Positions 33,673-44,644 of a DNA stretch of 64,000 bases are shown piece by piece. The position numbers and the translations under genes were made by a program. The number at the start of each line of letters is the position of its first letter. The stretch's first letter is position 1. The DNA comes from Candidatus Hydrogenedentota bacterium (GTDB lineage Bacteria > Hydrogenedentota > Hydrogenedentia > Hydrogenedentales > SLHB01), in assembly GCA_963745075.1 (NCBI GenBank), contig CAVUWV010000008.1:128001-192000 (forward strand). Reading direction: 5' to 3'. A model generated the notes under the pieces. It ran no database searches and was not told where the DNA came from. It worked only from the letters and a program-made list of their open reading frames with translations.

Positions 33673-34567
33673 TTACTGCGATGCCTTCGGCTCCATTGCT
33701 TGCGCGGCCGCGGCATCCTTCGGGGTCATGACCGATGCAAAGTTTGGTTCGTCGTCCGCGGGACCTTCACCCATGGCCCAGCGAATGGCGTCCACGACGT
33801 GCTGTTGAAAGGTAGGGTTGTCCCAGAACGTCTTCGCGGTGGCCCATGGCGTTATAGAAGACGCGGCCCTTTCCGTACGCGCTGCACCAGATGACGGGAT
33901 AGGCGGGCACTTGGTATTTTTCCTGGTTGTCCCGTTCCGCACCGGGATCCATCAGCGCCAGCACGTGGATGGAGTCGGTGTTGAAATTGTGGAAGAGGTA
34001 CCATTCGTCCTTAATGTTCCACTCCTTGGGCAGGTCCGCGACGGCGGGGTGGCTGGGGTCGACCACTTTGACCGTTCCCTCGAATTGGGCGCCGTGGGTC
34101 CGGAATTCACCGCCGAGCATCGTGAGGTATGGGGTGACCGGGCCGCCGTCCGGGGTGTGAAACGTATCCGATGCACAGTGAAAGCCGACGAACCCGCCGC
34201 CATTGCCGATCCACGCGAGCAGATCGTCCACGCCGCTGGACTTCATGGGTGGCTGTTTGTCGTTCCCTTCCGTGGTGAGATCGCCGGTGGTGTAAAAGAC
34301 GACGACCTTATACTTGGCCAGATTTTCCGCGTTGATGAGGCTGGCGTCTTTCGTGCACAGAATGCTGATGCCCAACCGGCTGGTCAAGCCCTGGAGGACG
34401 TTATCCACGTAGCTGACCTTGTTGGCATCCCACTTGATGCAACTGTGTTCGTACCCGGACGATTTGCTCAAAAACATGCCGCAGTCACTCCCTTCGTCTT
34501 GCGCCGCCGACGCAGTCAAGACACCGGTTGCCAGCAACACCGCTCCAAAGACTTGAATCCATCGCAT
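33673..34567 (-). CDS. Secreted ThuA-like domain protein (frameshift near 33828)
   Basis: GGGFVGFHCASDT, DEWY, YGKGRVFYNAMGHRE, then WDNPTFQQHVVDAIRWAMG in another frame. Confidence 0.85.
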
Positions 34568-35091
34568 ACCAGAGATTCCTTATAGGGTAGGTAGATTAGG
34601 GATCTTGCACTTCCGGTAAGCCTACCGCTCGACCGGCGTGTCAGTCAAAACGTCACGCGTTCGACATCAACCTCGTGCACATCGTTCCTTCTCGCAATCC
34701 CGGAACTCTCACACGCACAACACACCTACCGTGTAACTTCCCCGCGCACTTCAATTTCCAACTACGACCACGGTCTTTCGATTTGACAACGTGCGGGTGA
34801 GAATTCCTCAACCGTGAGCCCTGAGTTTTTCTCGGGAGCACTTCTTGCCGCGCCCAACGGTATCGGTCCGCAAGTCGACACTCTTGGGCGGTAAGAAATG
34901 CGTACTATCCAGCGTACCGTATTGAAATGGGCCATCCGAAGCCGTACTATGCTCAACGTTGTCGGTCACAGAATTTGACTTGCTCGCCGGTTGCTTCCGA
35001 ATTTTTAGGGAACTCTTCGGAGTGTCTCGGATTCAGCAGTATCGCGGACGTGCCGGCATGGGCGGAAGGGGGCGCGCGCCCGGCGTATGCA

Positions 35092-37158
35092 ATGACCAAC
35101 GCTGAATTGTCGAAAGAGTCGACCCCAAGCGACGCGGTCACCAGAATCCGGCGTGTCGTATTGGGCGCATTGGCCTTGGCGGCCTTTTGCGAACTCAGCG
35201 CGAAATTCGGTCACCAGTTCGGAATTCTCAGCGCGCCGACCGCCGACCTCGCTTCGGTTGCCGCCGTGTTTTCACTGGGTCTTTCGGGGCTTTACGCCCT
35301 GCACCGCGTCTATCGCTCCCGAACGATTACGCTGACGGTATTTACGGGTCTCATGCTTTTGTTCCTGTCCCAAGCCGTCGAAATTGCCGGTGACACGAAT
35401 TTCGCAGGGCTCGGCGACCTCCATATCCACGGCGCGGCTGTTTTCAAGATGATCATGAATACGGCCTTCATCGCGGGGCTTGCCGCCGTGCTTACGGCGC
35501 TATACCTTTCCATTTTTGAATCGCTTAAGACGCGTCTCCTTCTGGAACGGGAGCGCTCCGAGGTGTTGCGGGGAATCGAGGAGCGCGAAGGCGCCGAAGA
35601 AGCGTTGCGCGTCAGCCAGAAGCGGCTGCGGACGATTTTCGAAGGTCTTGACGACGCCCTGTTCGTCCACGATTTGGAAGGCCGGATTCTCGACTGCAAT
35701 CGCGCCGCGTGTGAAATGCTGGGGTACGCTCGCGACGAACTGCTTACGATGCGGACCGCCGACTTCGACGCCCCGGGTTTTGCCGATGGTTTCCAGGACC
35801 GCATCGCCCGCCAACTTCGTGACGGCAGCTATCGGTGTGTCGGCGAACTGGTTGCCAAGGGTGGACGGCACATCACGGTGGACATTCATACGACGCGGAT
35901 CGATTTTCAGGGGAACCCGGCCATCCTGGCGCTCAATCGAGACATTTCCGATCGGGTCAAGGCGGACCAGGAACGCCGCCTGATGGAGCAAAAACTGCAA
36001 CACGCGCAGAAGCTCGAGAGCCTCGGCGTATTGGCGGGCGGCATCGCCCACGACTTCAACAATCTCCTCGTCGGCGTGCTCGGGAATGCGAATCTCGCGC
36101 GGCTGCAGGTTCCCGAGGATTCACCGGCCCGCGAAAGCATCCAGCAGGTCGAAACCGCCGCGCAACGGGCCGCAGATTTGGCCAAGCAGATGCTGGCCTA
36201 CTCCGGGCGGGGAAAGATGGTGGTGGAGCTGGTGGATCTTGGGATGCTGGTGGACGAAATGGCCCATCTCCTCGCGGCGTCCATCTCGAAAAACGCCGTG
36301 CTGAAGCTGCGCATTGACGACGACCTGCCCGCCGTGAGCGCCGACCCCACGCAAATCCGCCAAGTGGTGATGAATCTCATTACGAATGCTTCCGACGCCC
36401 TCGGGGTTGCCGAGGGCACCATCGAGCTGACCTCGGGCACTTTGGATGTGGGACCGGACGACACCCTGGAGTCCTACTTCGACGATCGGGTGCTCCCGGG
36501 CCAATATGTATTTGTCGAAGTCGCGGACACGGGAAAGGGGATGGACCGAGATACGCTTGAACGGATATTCGATCCGTTCTTCTCAACCAAGTTCACGGGG
36601 CGTGGTCTGGGTCTGGCGTCCGTTATCGGCATCGTTCAGGGCCATGGCGGCACGATTCAGGTCAGGTCCACGCCGGACGAGGGGAGCGTGTTTCGCGTCC
36701 TTCTTCCCGCGACGGGAAAGTGTGTCCCGCCCGAGGCGGATCGGCCCGTCTTGCAGGTCAGTCCGTGCCAGGCCGGTACGATTCTGGTTGTAGACGACGA
36801 GGACTCGGTGCTTTCCGTGGCCCAGCGGACGCTGGAAATGGTTGGGTACGACGTGATCGCCGCCTCGGACGGTTCCGCCGGGCTCGATGCGTTTCGTGGC
36901 AGCTCCGATTCCATCGCGTTGGTCCTGTTGGACTGGACGATGCCGGGGCTAAGCGGCGAAGAGGCGTTCCGGGAGATTCGCGGCGTTCAACCCGGTGTTC
37001 CCGTAATTCTGTCCAGTGGATACAGCGAAACGGACACCTTAGCCCAGTGCGGGGATTTGGTTCCGGCGGGTTTTCTCCAAAAACCCTATCTGGCGACCGA
37101 GTTGATCGACTTGGTGCAGATGGTGCTGGGAACGAGCGAGGCGGATACGAGAGCTTGA
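35092..37158 (+). CDS. Membrane PAS-domain hybrid sensor histidine kinase
   Basis: TM helices, PAS, H-box AGGIAHDFNNLL, NLITNASDA, DTGKGM, GRGLGL, C-terminal receiver (VVDDE, LLDWTMP). Confidence 0.95.
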   Translation: MTNAELSKESTPSDAVTRIRRVVLGALALAAFCELSAKFGHQFGILSAPTADLASVAAVFSLGLSGLYALHRVYRSRTITLTVFTGLMLLFLSQAVEIAGDTNFAGLGDLHIHGAAVFKMIMNTAFIAGLAAVLTALYLSIFESLKTRLLLERERSEVLRGIEEREGAEEALRVSQKRLRTIFEGLDDALFVHDLEGRILDCNRAACEMLGYARDELLTMRTADFDAPGFADGFQDRIARQLRDGSYRCVGELVAKGGRHITVDIHTTRIDFQGNPAILALNRDISDRVKADQERRLMEQKLQHAQKLESLGVLAGGIAHDFNNLLVGVLGNANLARLQVPEDSPARESIQQVETAAQRAADLAKQMLAYSGRGKMVVELVDLGMLVDEMAHLLAASISKNAVLKLRIDDDLPAVSADPTQIRQVVMNLITNASDALGVAEGTIELTSGTLDVGPDDTLESYFDDRVLPGQYVFVEVADTGKGMDRDTLERIFDPFFSTKFTGRGLGLASVIGIVQGHGGTIQVRSTPDEGSVFRVLLPATGKCVPPEADRPVLQVSPCQAGTILVVDDEDSVLSVAQRTLEMVGYDVIAASDGSAGLDAFRGSSDSIALVLLDWTMPGLSGEEAFREIRGVQPGVPVILSSGYSETDTLAQCGDLVPAGFLQKPYLATELIDLVQMVLGTSEADTRA

Positions 37159-37274
37159 GGCGGCGGGAGGGGAGAGGATTTCCGACGCGGTTTCGCCTCA
37201 GTAGAGGATCGGTTACTGGATTCGCGTGGATCTCGAATTTGAGATCTCAGATACCCGAATGTCGAGAGATCGGG

Positions 37275-38150
37275 TTAGCAGGCGCCGCCGGCGGCCATGG
37301 CGCCGATCAACCCGCGTTGCTTGTCCAGGCGTGACTCAATGCCCGCGATGAAGTTCGGATCCACGTCCAAATGCTGGGCCACCACGGGTGATATTTCGCT
37401 CGAGACTTCTGCGTTCATGGCGCGGATTCCCACGCGGTTGCAGATGGCATCGGCGAGGTGGGTGGCATGGGTGAGGACATGCTTGGGCGGGGCCGCTTCG
37501 GGGGTGTGATGGTGGGCGATACTGATGACGAGATCCTCCGGCAGTTCCCAACGTTCGGCCAGCCACGCGCCGATGTCGCAATGGGTATGTCCGTCCATGA
37601 TTTCGCGTTCAGCGTCGATGACGGACACATTGTCTTCCAGTACGAGACGCGCAATCGGCGCTACCGCTTCGGGAAAATACTGGACGACGACGGCTTTGCC
37701 GATGTCGTGCAGGAGGCCCGCGATGTGGGCGCCGCTGATATCGGGCCGGCTGGCACGGTAATGGCTTTCCAGACAGCCGGCGACCACCGAACACGCCAGA
37801 CTGTGCCGCCACAACATGTGCAATGCCCGGCTGCTTTCCCGGTCCCGCCCGAACAGGTTGATGACGGAGATGGCCAAGGCCAGCCGCTCGACCTCATCGA
37901 AACCCAGAATCACCACCGCGTCCGGAATGCTGCCGATTTGACGATGGAACCCGTAGTAGCTGGAATTCACCGTGCCGAGGATTTTCATCGTCAAGGCGGG
38001 ATCGGCGGTAATCTCGGCGGCAAGGTCCAGCGCCGTGGTGGATTCATCCTGGACGACGGAGAGAATTCGGACGAGTGTAGAAGGAAGGGTAGCGAGTTCA
38101 TCGAGTGCAAAGACCCGCTCGCGGACATCGGAAACACACCCCTGTGTCAT
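37275..38150 (-). CDS. HDOD domain protein
   Basis: LATLP, DPALTMKIL..VNSSYYG, WRHSL, GLLHDIGK, HCDIGAWLAERWELP. Confidence 0.93.
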   Translation of the reverse strand: MTQGCVSDVRERVFALDELATLPSTLVRILSVVQDESTTALDLAAEITADPALTMKILGTVNSSYYGFHRQIGSIPDAVVILGFDEVERLALAISVINLFGRDRESSRALHMLWRHSLACSVVAGCLESHYRASRPDISGAHIAGLLHDIGKAVVVQYFPEAVAPIARLVLEDNVSVIDAEREIMDGHTHCDIGAWLAERWELPEDLVISIAHHHTPEAAPPKHVLTHATHLADAICNRVGIRAMNAEVSSEISPVVAQHLDVDPNFIAGIESRLDKQRGLIGAMAAGGAC

Positions 38151-38374
38151 GGTCTTCTCAACTCCCCGACTCGTTCTTGACCTGATCAGCGCCAGCGCTT
38201 CCGCAAGTCCGCGCTTAAACTATAGAATAAAACCGTGAACCTGTCAATTGAAAACGCAAGCCCGGACTAAGGTCCAACACGGATCGTATCAGCTGTCTAC
38301 TGTATGATCTGCTTTGTAACTTATTGAAGGTCAGTCGGATAGCTTGGGTTCAGATTGAAGACGACGAGGTCGCC

Positions 38375-40054
38375 ATGAGGGTATTGTCCCACGGGACGCC
38401 GTTTTTTTGCGATTATGCGCCCATTCGTTTATACGATGGGCCGCACGAAATACGCAGCGTTGGAAATTACGCGGACGCCGATTACCGGTACGATCCGATT
38501 TCGGAATCGGCGACGCAGGTTCTTGATCGGATTCGCCGTGACTGGGATCCCGAACTCCTGCTCTGTTGGATGCCCGAGGTTCATCCACCGCCCTTGGGTA
38601 TCGAGCAGGCGCCCATCCCGACGGTGGCGCTCGTGTCCGATTGGAACGTATTCCACGCGATTCTGAAGGTGAATCTCGCCCGCTACGACGTGGCACTCTG
38701 TGACCGCCCCGGCACCGTGGCGTTGGCGAGCGACCTGGTATCGCCGGTTCACCTGTTTCCGCTCTACTCCCAGATCACGCCGATCCATCGCATCTACGAT
38801 CGGCCCAAAGACCTCGATGTTGTCTTTGTCGGCAACCTGAATCATGCGTCCCATCCATTGCGGGCGAAATACCTGGAGCGGCTCGCCAAACTCTCCGACC
38901 GATACCGGATTGTGATTGCGACGGACGTGCAGGGTGAAGCTTATGCCCGATTGTTGAGCCGCGCGCGCATCGTCTTCAACCATTCCATTCGCGGCGAGGT
39001 GAACCTGCGCGTGTTCGAAACGATGGCTTGCGGTTCGGTGGCGTTTCTCGAGGAATCCAATCTGGAAGTGCGGGACTGGTTCGACGTGGAGCGGGAACTG
39101 GTTCTGTACAATTCCGGGAATTTCGAATCGCAAGTCGAATACGTCCTCGCGCATCCGGAAGAGGCAGAATCGATCGCGGCGCGAGGTCATGAAACGGTGC
39201 AGGCCTACGCGGGCGAGCGGCGATTCACGGAACTGATCGATCGGGCCGCAGCACTGCCCAGCGGCGGACGTCCGTTCCGGTCCTTACCGGCCGAGGAGCG
39301 CCTATACCAGGACTTTCTGATGTACGGCTTTTCCCAGTGGAACGTGTACCGGAAGCTCGAAGCGGGATTGCTTCCGCAACTCACGAAGGCGTTGCCGGAG
39401 GATCCGCGCGTCTGGACCGCGCTCGGCCAACATCTGGCGAACGCGTACTCGGGTTCGGTTCCGGAGGAACAACGGCAACAGCGGTATCTGAAGGCCTTCG
39501 TCAAGGCCCATCGTCTCGCGCCGGAGTCCGCTCCGTACGCGTTGAACGCCGCGACCGGTTTTCGCTCGTGCGGGCTCGAATCGCAGGAGGCGGACTATCT
39601 CAATCTGGCGCTGCTGGCCTCGGACCTGAGCGGCGCGGGCCGGATCGTGGGATCGGTGGGGAGCCCTTTTTACGTCCGATGGCACCGTGCGGTGGCGGAA
39701 AAGAACGCGTCGCTGGCTATGCTGCACGCCGAAGCGCGCAATCGTCTTGCGGTCATTCTGGCGCGTCGCGGTGAAGCCGCTCTTGCCGAGGAACACCTTC
39801 GAGAGGCGCGGGCGTTGGACCCGGCCAACCGAGGGGGTGTTTTGCTGCTCGCGGAGATTCAATGGGCGGACGGCCGCCGCGCCGAGGCGATCGAAACGCT
39901 GCGCTCGAGCCTGGCGGATATGCCCATGGACCCGGCGCCGCGGGATCGACTGTGTGCGATGTTGACGGACATCGGATATAAGCAGGAAACACGCATCCTG
40001 GCGGAGGAAACGCTCCGGATTCTGCGGGCCTGTCCGGATTCGCCGCCAGCATAA
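38375..40054 (+). CDS. GT-B glycosyltransferase (CgeB/Glyco_trans_1_2-like) with C-terminal TPRs
   Basis: DVVFVGN, IVFNHSIRGEVNLRVFETMACG, IAARGHE; TPR-like helices at the C-terminus. Confidence 0.82.
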   Translation: MRVLSHGTPFFCDYAPIRLYDGPHEIRSVGNYADADYRYDPISESATQVLDRIRRDWDPELLLCWMPEVHPPPLGIEQAPIPTVALVSDWNVFHAILKVNLARYDVALCDRPGTVALASDLVSPVHLFPLYSQITPIHRIYDRPKDLDVVFVGNLNHASHPLRAKYLERLAKLSDRYRIVIATDVQGEAYARLLSRARIVFNHSIRGEVNLRVFETMACGSVAFLEESNLEVRDWFDVERELVLYNSGNFESQVEYVLAHPEEAESIAARGHETVQAYAGERRFTELIDRAAALPSGGRPFRSLPAEERLYQDFLMYGFSQWNVYRKLEAGLLPQLTKALPEDPRVWTALGQHLANAYSGSVPEEQRQQRYLKAFVKAHRLAPESAPYALNAATGFRSCGLESQEADYLNLALLASDLSGAGRIVGSVGSPFYVRWHRAVAEKNASLAMLHAEARNRLAVILARRGEAALAEEHLREARALDPANRGGVLLLAEIQWADGRRAEAIETLRSSLADMPMDPAPRDRLCAMLTDIGYKQETRILAEETLRILRACPDSPPA

Positions 40055-40174
40055 TCGTTGACGCGTTTGCATTCTTCCGCCAATGGCGTACGAAACACTC
40101 ATTGCGGCGCGTTGCGCGCGCGGCTACTATGGCGGAAGGAAATGTTGCGGGACCTCGACAGCGGGAGCAGTAGC

Positions 40175-41125
40175 ATGAGCGAAGAGGCGGCGAGCGAGCA
40201 TCACGCGGTGCTGGGCCGGATGCGGGAGAATCTCTCGCGGGTCATTCAGGGCAAGGCGGATAACGTGGACGTACTGATTACGGCGTTTATCGCGGGCGGC
40301 TCGGTGCTGATCGAAGACGTGCCGGGGGTGGGCAAGACGACGCTGGCGAAGGCGCTGGCCAAATCCGTCGACGTGACATACCGGCGCATCCAGTTCACGC
40401 CGGACCTTTTGCCGGGCGATATTCTGGGGTCGTCCATCTACAATCCAATGGACGGTACCTTTGTGTTCCGGCGCGGTCCGATCTTCTGTAACGTGCTGCT
40501 GGCGGATGAAATCAACCGGGCATCGCCGCGGACGCAGTCCGCCCTGCTCGAAGCCATGAGCGAGGCCCAGGCGACTATCGAAGGGGAGACCTATTCGCTG
40601 GCAGCGCCGTTTCTTGTCATCGCGACGCAAAACCCGGTGGAATTCCACGGGACGTATCCGTTGCCGGAAGCGCAACTCGACCGTTTTGCAATTTTGTTGA
40701 GTCTGGGTTATCCCGATCCGGACGTGGAAGCGGCGATCTTGTACGCGCAAGCGGAGTCTCATCCCCTTGATTCGTTGCAGCCTGTCACGACGGGTAACAC
40801 GATAGTAGCGATTCAACAAGCGGTGCGGCGCGTGCGGGTCGACGAGAGTCTTTCCAAATACATTGTGGCGATCACGAATCGCACCCGGAGCGACACGCGG
40901 TTCAAACTTGGCGTGAGCCCGCGCGGTTCGCTGATGCTGTTTCGTGCGGCACAGGCGGCGGCGTATCTGGACGGGCGCGACTACACGCTGCCCGACGACG
41001 TGCAGAAACTTGCGCCGCACGTGCTGGCCCATCGCGTGATGCTGACGTCGAAATCCAAATACGGCGGCGTCGACAAGCGCACCGCGATCGAGGAACTGCT
41101 GAAGGACGTGACGGTTCCCACGTAG
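40175..41125 (+). CDS. moxR: MoxR-family AAA+ ATPase
   Basis: EDVPGVGKT, RIQFTPDLLP, DEINRASPRTQSALLEAM, ATQNP, LPEAQLDRF. Confidence 0.95.
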   Translation: MSEEAASEHHAVLGRMRENLSRVIQGKADNVDVLITAFIAGGSVLIEDVPGVGKTTLAKALAKSVDVTYRRIQFTPDLLPGDILGSSIYNPMDGTFVFRRGPIFCNVLLADEINRASPRTQSALLEAMSEAQATIEGETYSLAAPFLVIATQNPVEFHGTYPLPEAQLDRFAILLSLGYPDPDVEAAILYAQAESHPLDSLQPVTTGNTIVAIQQAVRRVRVDESLSKYIVAITNRTRSDTRFKLGVSPRGSLMLFRAAQAAAYLDGRDYTLPDDVQKLAPHVLAHRVMLTSKSKYGGVDKRTAIEELLKDVTVPT

Positions 41126-41166
41126 TGGATAGTGGATTTCGGGTTGGTGATGGCTGAGGTGCCGGC

Positions 41167-42426
41167 ATGAGGATTCCATTCTCGCGGCCGTTTTGGCGGA
41201 ACGTTGTCGAGGCGTGGTACACCACGACGACGCGTGACGGCAAGATACTTGCGGCCGCAATCATCGTGTGCGGGTCGATCTCGTCGTCGTCGCTGGACAT
41301 CCCCGCTTTCAACCTGCTCAGCGGTCTCTGTACGTTCGCCATCGTCGTGTACGGAGCGGCACGCCTGTGCCGTCCCCGGGTGCAACGGGAAGGACCGGTC
41401 CCGGACAAAGCGGTCGCGGGGGCGCGGCTCGCGTTTTCTCACACGCTCGTAAACGGCAGCAAACGCAATGCGTACGACGTGACCGCGGGTTTCCTGCTGC
41501 TACCGGATGAGATTGAATCCGTAGACGAAGCGCCGCTCATCCCGGTGCTGGGACCCGAGGGCAGCGCCACGCTGACCTCGACGCTCCGGCCGTTGCGGCG
41601 CGGGTTGTATCCGTTGCCGGCGCCGCGGGTGTACTCGACGTTTCCGTTTAACGTGTACCGCGTACGCGCCCCCCGGGATCGCGCCCGGCCGCCGAGCACG
41701 CCCCTGCTGGTGTATCCGCATTTCCATGCGCTGTCCGGAATCGACGTGCCGGTGAGCGCGCGGTACCAGCCCGGCGGGATTGCACTGTCGTCGAACGTCG
41801 GCGAATCGCCGGAGTATGTCGGCAACCGGCCGTACCGGCCGGGCGACTCGCGGCGGCATCTCGATTTTCGCGCGTGGGCGCGGCTGGCACAGCCCGTCGT
41901 GCGCGAGTATCAGGAAGAGTATTACTGCCGCATCGCGCTCGTGCTGGACACGTTCGTCCCCGGTGCGCGGAAGCCGCCGGCCCAGGGTTTCCCCGATCTG
42001 GAAGCCGCGGTCAGTCTTACGGCTGCCGTGGCCGACGCCATGGCGCGGGGCGAATACATCATCGACATCTTCGCCGCGGGGCCGGCCCTGCACGTGTTTC
42101 GCGCGGGCCGCCATACAGCGCAATTCGACAGCGTGCTCGAGATTCTGGCGTGTGTGGACGCGTGCCGCACGAATCCCTTCGAGGTGGTGACGCCCGCGCT
42201 TACGGACGAGTTGGCGAATGTCTCGACGGTGATCTGCATGCTCCTCGATTGGGATGCGTCGCGGGAAGCCTTGGTGCGCGCCGCGGCGGACTGCGGATGC
42301 AGCGTGAAGGTCATCGTCCTGCGCGACGGAGAGACCTCCGCATCTTTCGCGCACCTGGCCGACGAGTGCCGCATTACGCAGTACCGTCCCGACAACGTCA
42401 CGAGCGGAAAGATCGAGTCGTTATGA
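41167..42426 (+). CDS. DUF58 protein
   Basis: EYVGNRPYRPGDSRRHLDFRAWAR...VREY; follows moxR. Confidence 0.9.
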   Translation: MRIPFSRPFWRNVVEAWYTTTTRDGKILAAAIIVCGSISSSSLDIPAFNLLSGLCTFAIVVYGAARLCRPRVQREGPVPDKAVAGARLAFSHTLVNGSKRNAYDVTAGFLLLPDEIESVDEAPLIPVLGPEGSATLTSTLRPLRRGLYPLPAPRVYSTFPFNVYRVRAPRDRARPPSTPLLVYPHFHALSGIDVPVSARYQPGGIALSSNVGESPEYVGNRPYRPGDSRRHLDFRAWARLAQPVVREYQEEYYCRIALVLDTFVPGARKPPAQGFPDLEAAVSLTAAVADAMARGEYIIDIFAAGPALHVFRAGRHTAQFDSVLEILACVDACRTNPFEVVTPALTDELANVSTVICMLLDWDASREALVRAAADCGCSVKVIVLRDGETSASFAHLADECRITQYRPDNVTSGKIESL

Positions 42427-44456
42427 GCCGCCGGCGGTATATTGCCCTTGCGATGGTACTGCTGGATACGGGGATTGCCGGTTTCTTTTTCAAGTCCTGG
42501 GTGTTCGCGCCGGCCATCGGGGTCGCCGCAGTCGTGGGCGGGTTGGGGCGGTGGCAACTCGCAGCCAGCCGCACCCGCGACCAACGTCTCGGGCTCGCGC
42601 TGATCGTCGTCGTGGTTCTGGCTTGGCGTTTGTTCGGCGTCGAGGGTGCCGTGGCTTCCGCAGGGTTGCAGGACGGGCTCGGCTTCGCGCTCGCGCAGCT
42701 CTTTCTGGCGGTGCAGGTGTACGAGCTGTTCGTGCGTCGCGAAGGCGGTATTTCGTCGTGGTTTGTGCTGTTCGGGGCCATTGTGATGATTGCCGCCGGG
42801 GACGTGATCGTGGCCGGTTCCTGGGAACGCATTTATAACCTGGCGTACCTTGCCGCATCGCTTGTCTTCGTTACGCTCATCGCGGCGTTCTGGGTGACGG
42901 GACGCAAGACCCGTGCAACCAACGCGCGAACCCGGCGGCCTTGGGGGATTGCATTGGCAACGCTCGCGCTGTCTCTCATCCTGGGCACGTTCCTGGCCGT
43001 TGGGTTGAAGGAGAACCAGCAGGATCTGGATACGTGGTTCGCAAATCTGATTGCGCCGCGGGCCCATGCGAGGGCTCTAGGATTCCCCGATCGGGCCTAC
43101 CTGCACAGCATCGGCGATATCAAAGAACACGATGCCGCGTCGGTGTCACTGCGCATCGTGAGTAAACGCATACCGGGTTATATGAAAGGCCTCGCGTACG
43201 ACCTGTACCGCGACGGGCAGTGGACGCTGTCCGTGCAAGGGCATTCGGTGCAGCCCGAACCGCGCGCTTTGGGGCTCGGCCCTGAACGGGGAATGGAGAC
43301 CTTCGACCTGATCCCCCAACCGCCGCGTGTGGAATCGACGATGAGGGTGTGGCCGGAAGTGAACACCACCGGCGCCTTCTTTACGCCGTACGACGCGGTC
43401 CGGCTGCATGCGCCTTACGAGTCTGTGGTCATGGATGCGCTCGGCAACGTGGGAAGTCCCGACAACAGTGTGCGGGCTCCGTACGAACTCGACGAATCAA
43501 ACGAGCTGCCGACGGAAACGCTTACCAAAGCGGACCGCGCGCGGTATACCGTGCTTCCGGGAAACTTCGACCCGGCCGTGGAACAGCTTGCGGCGGACTT
43601 GTTTGCCAATGCGCCGACCGCGCAAGAGAAGGTCGCGGCGGTCGTGCAGTACTTCCAGGAGAATTACGAATACAGTCTGAAAATATCCGTGCCGAACAAT
43701 GTCGACCCACTCACCTATTTTCTCCTCGAACGTCCGCCGGCGCACTGCGAGTTCTTTGCCTCCGGCGCGGCGATTCTGCTTCGGCTCGGCGGTGTGCCGA
43801 CCCGCTACGTCACCGGTTTCGTTGCGGTGGAACGGAATACCTTCGGCGACTACTGGATCGCGCGCAACCGGGACGCGCACGCCTGGGTCGAAGCGTACGA
43901 TCCGTCGCGCGGCTGGTTTCTCGTCGAAGCCACGGTATCCGACGGCGTGCCCGCGGAAGACGCCGAGCTGGAACCTTCCCGGCTCAGTCAGGCCTGGGAC
44001 TACGCGAAGTTTCTCGTGCGCGAGGTGGTGGCGGCCTACGTGGTCGGCGGGGTTCGGGGCGTGGCCCGTTGGATTGGCGACGCTTTGGTGCGCTTCGGCG
44101 CCGGACTTCTTGCGCCGATACCTGCAACGACGATCGTTCTCCTGGCGATAGCCGTTGTCGTCTGGGAATTCCGGCGCAAACGAAGCGCGCCGGAACGGAT
44201 CGAAGTTGCGTATGTCGCGGAGTTGCGCGCGTTGCTTGCCGAGATGGACCGCTACGTCCAGCGTACGGGGATCGAGCGCGCGCCCCATGAGACCCTGTCG
44301 CACTTCGCCGCGCGTTTGTCCGGCGAAATCGGCAACGCACGCGTTGCCACCGACGTCGCTCAGTGGTACCGCACTTACGCCCGCCTGCGCTTCGGGCCTC
44401 CCCCTTCTTCGGATCAACTGACTACGTTGAGGGAAGCATTGCCCAAGCCACGTTAG
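42423..44456 (+). CDS. Membrane transglutaminase-like protein (TgpA/DUF3488 type)
   Basis: N-terminal TMs; HCEFFAS, GVPTRYVTGF, AHAWVEAY, VEAT. Confidence 0.9.
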   Translation: MSRRRYIALAMVLLDTGIAGFFFKSWVFAPAIGVAAVVGGLGRWQLAASRTRDQRLGLALIVVVVLAWRLFGVEGAVASAGLQDGLGFALAQLFLAVQVYELFVRREGGISSWFVLFGAIVMIAAGDVIVAGSWERIYNLAYLAASLVFVTLIAAFWVTGRKTRATNARTRRPWGIALATLALSLILGTFLAVGLKENQQDLDTWFANLIAPRAHARALGFPDRAYLHSIGDIKEHDAASVSLRIVSKRIPGYMKGLAYDLYRDGQWTLSVQGHSVQPEPRALGLGPERGMETFDLIPQPPRVESTMRVWPEVNTTGAFFTPYDAVRLHAPYESVVMDALGNVGSPDNSVRAPYELDESNELPTETLTKADRARYTVLPGNFDPAVEQLAADLFANAPTAQEKVAAVVQYFQENYEYSLKISVPNNVDPLTYFLLERPPAHCEFFASGAAILLRLGGVPTRYVTGFVAVERNTFGDYWIARNRDAHAWVEAYDPSRGWFLVEATVSDGVPAEDAELEPSRLSQAWDYAKFLVREVVAAYVVGGVRGVARWIGDALVRFGAGLLAPIPATTIVLLAIAVVVWEFRRKRSAPERIEVAYVAELRALLAEMDRYVQRTGIERAPHETLSHFAARLSGEIGNARVATDVAQWYRTYARLRFGPPPSSDQLTTLREALPKPR

Positions 44457-44644
44457 GCACTTGGAACGGTGATAATGCGCGAAGACCCCGTCCCTGACCT
44501 TCCCCGTGAACGGGGACGGAAACGCGTTGCCAACCGCTAGCTAGATCTTCGTGGACTCCTCCCAGGAGTCCACAAGGACAGCAGGGACAGTCCGACGCAG
44601 GGCGAGGTCCCCCATCTGCCCGCGATTTGCTACTATGGTTGCGT

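Noticed and set aside
34568..35091. ncRNA in the gap between the ThuA-like and kinase genes
   Set aside because: Only a few short stems; adequately explained as a divergent promoter region
40175..44456. MoxR-DUF58-transglutaminase trio as a new system
   Set aside because: This is a widespread, already described gene arrangement
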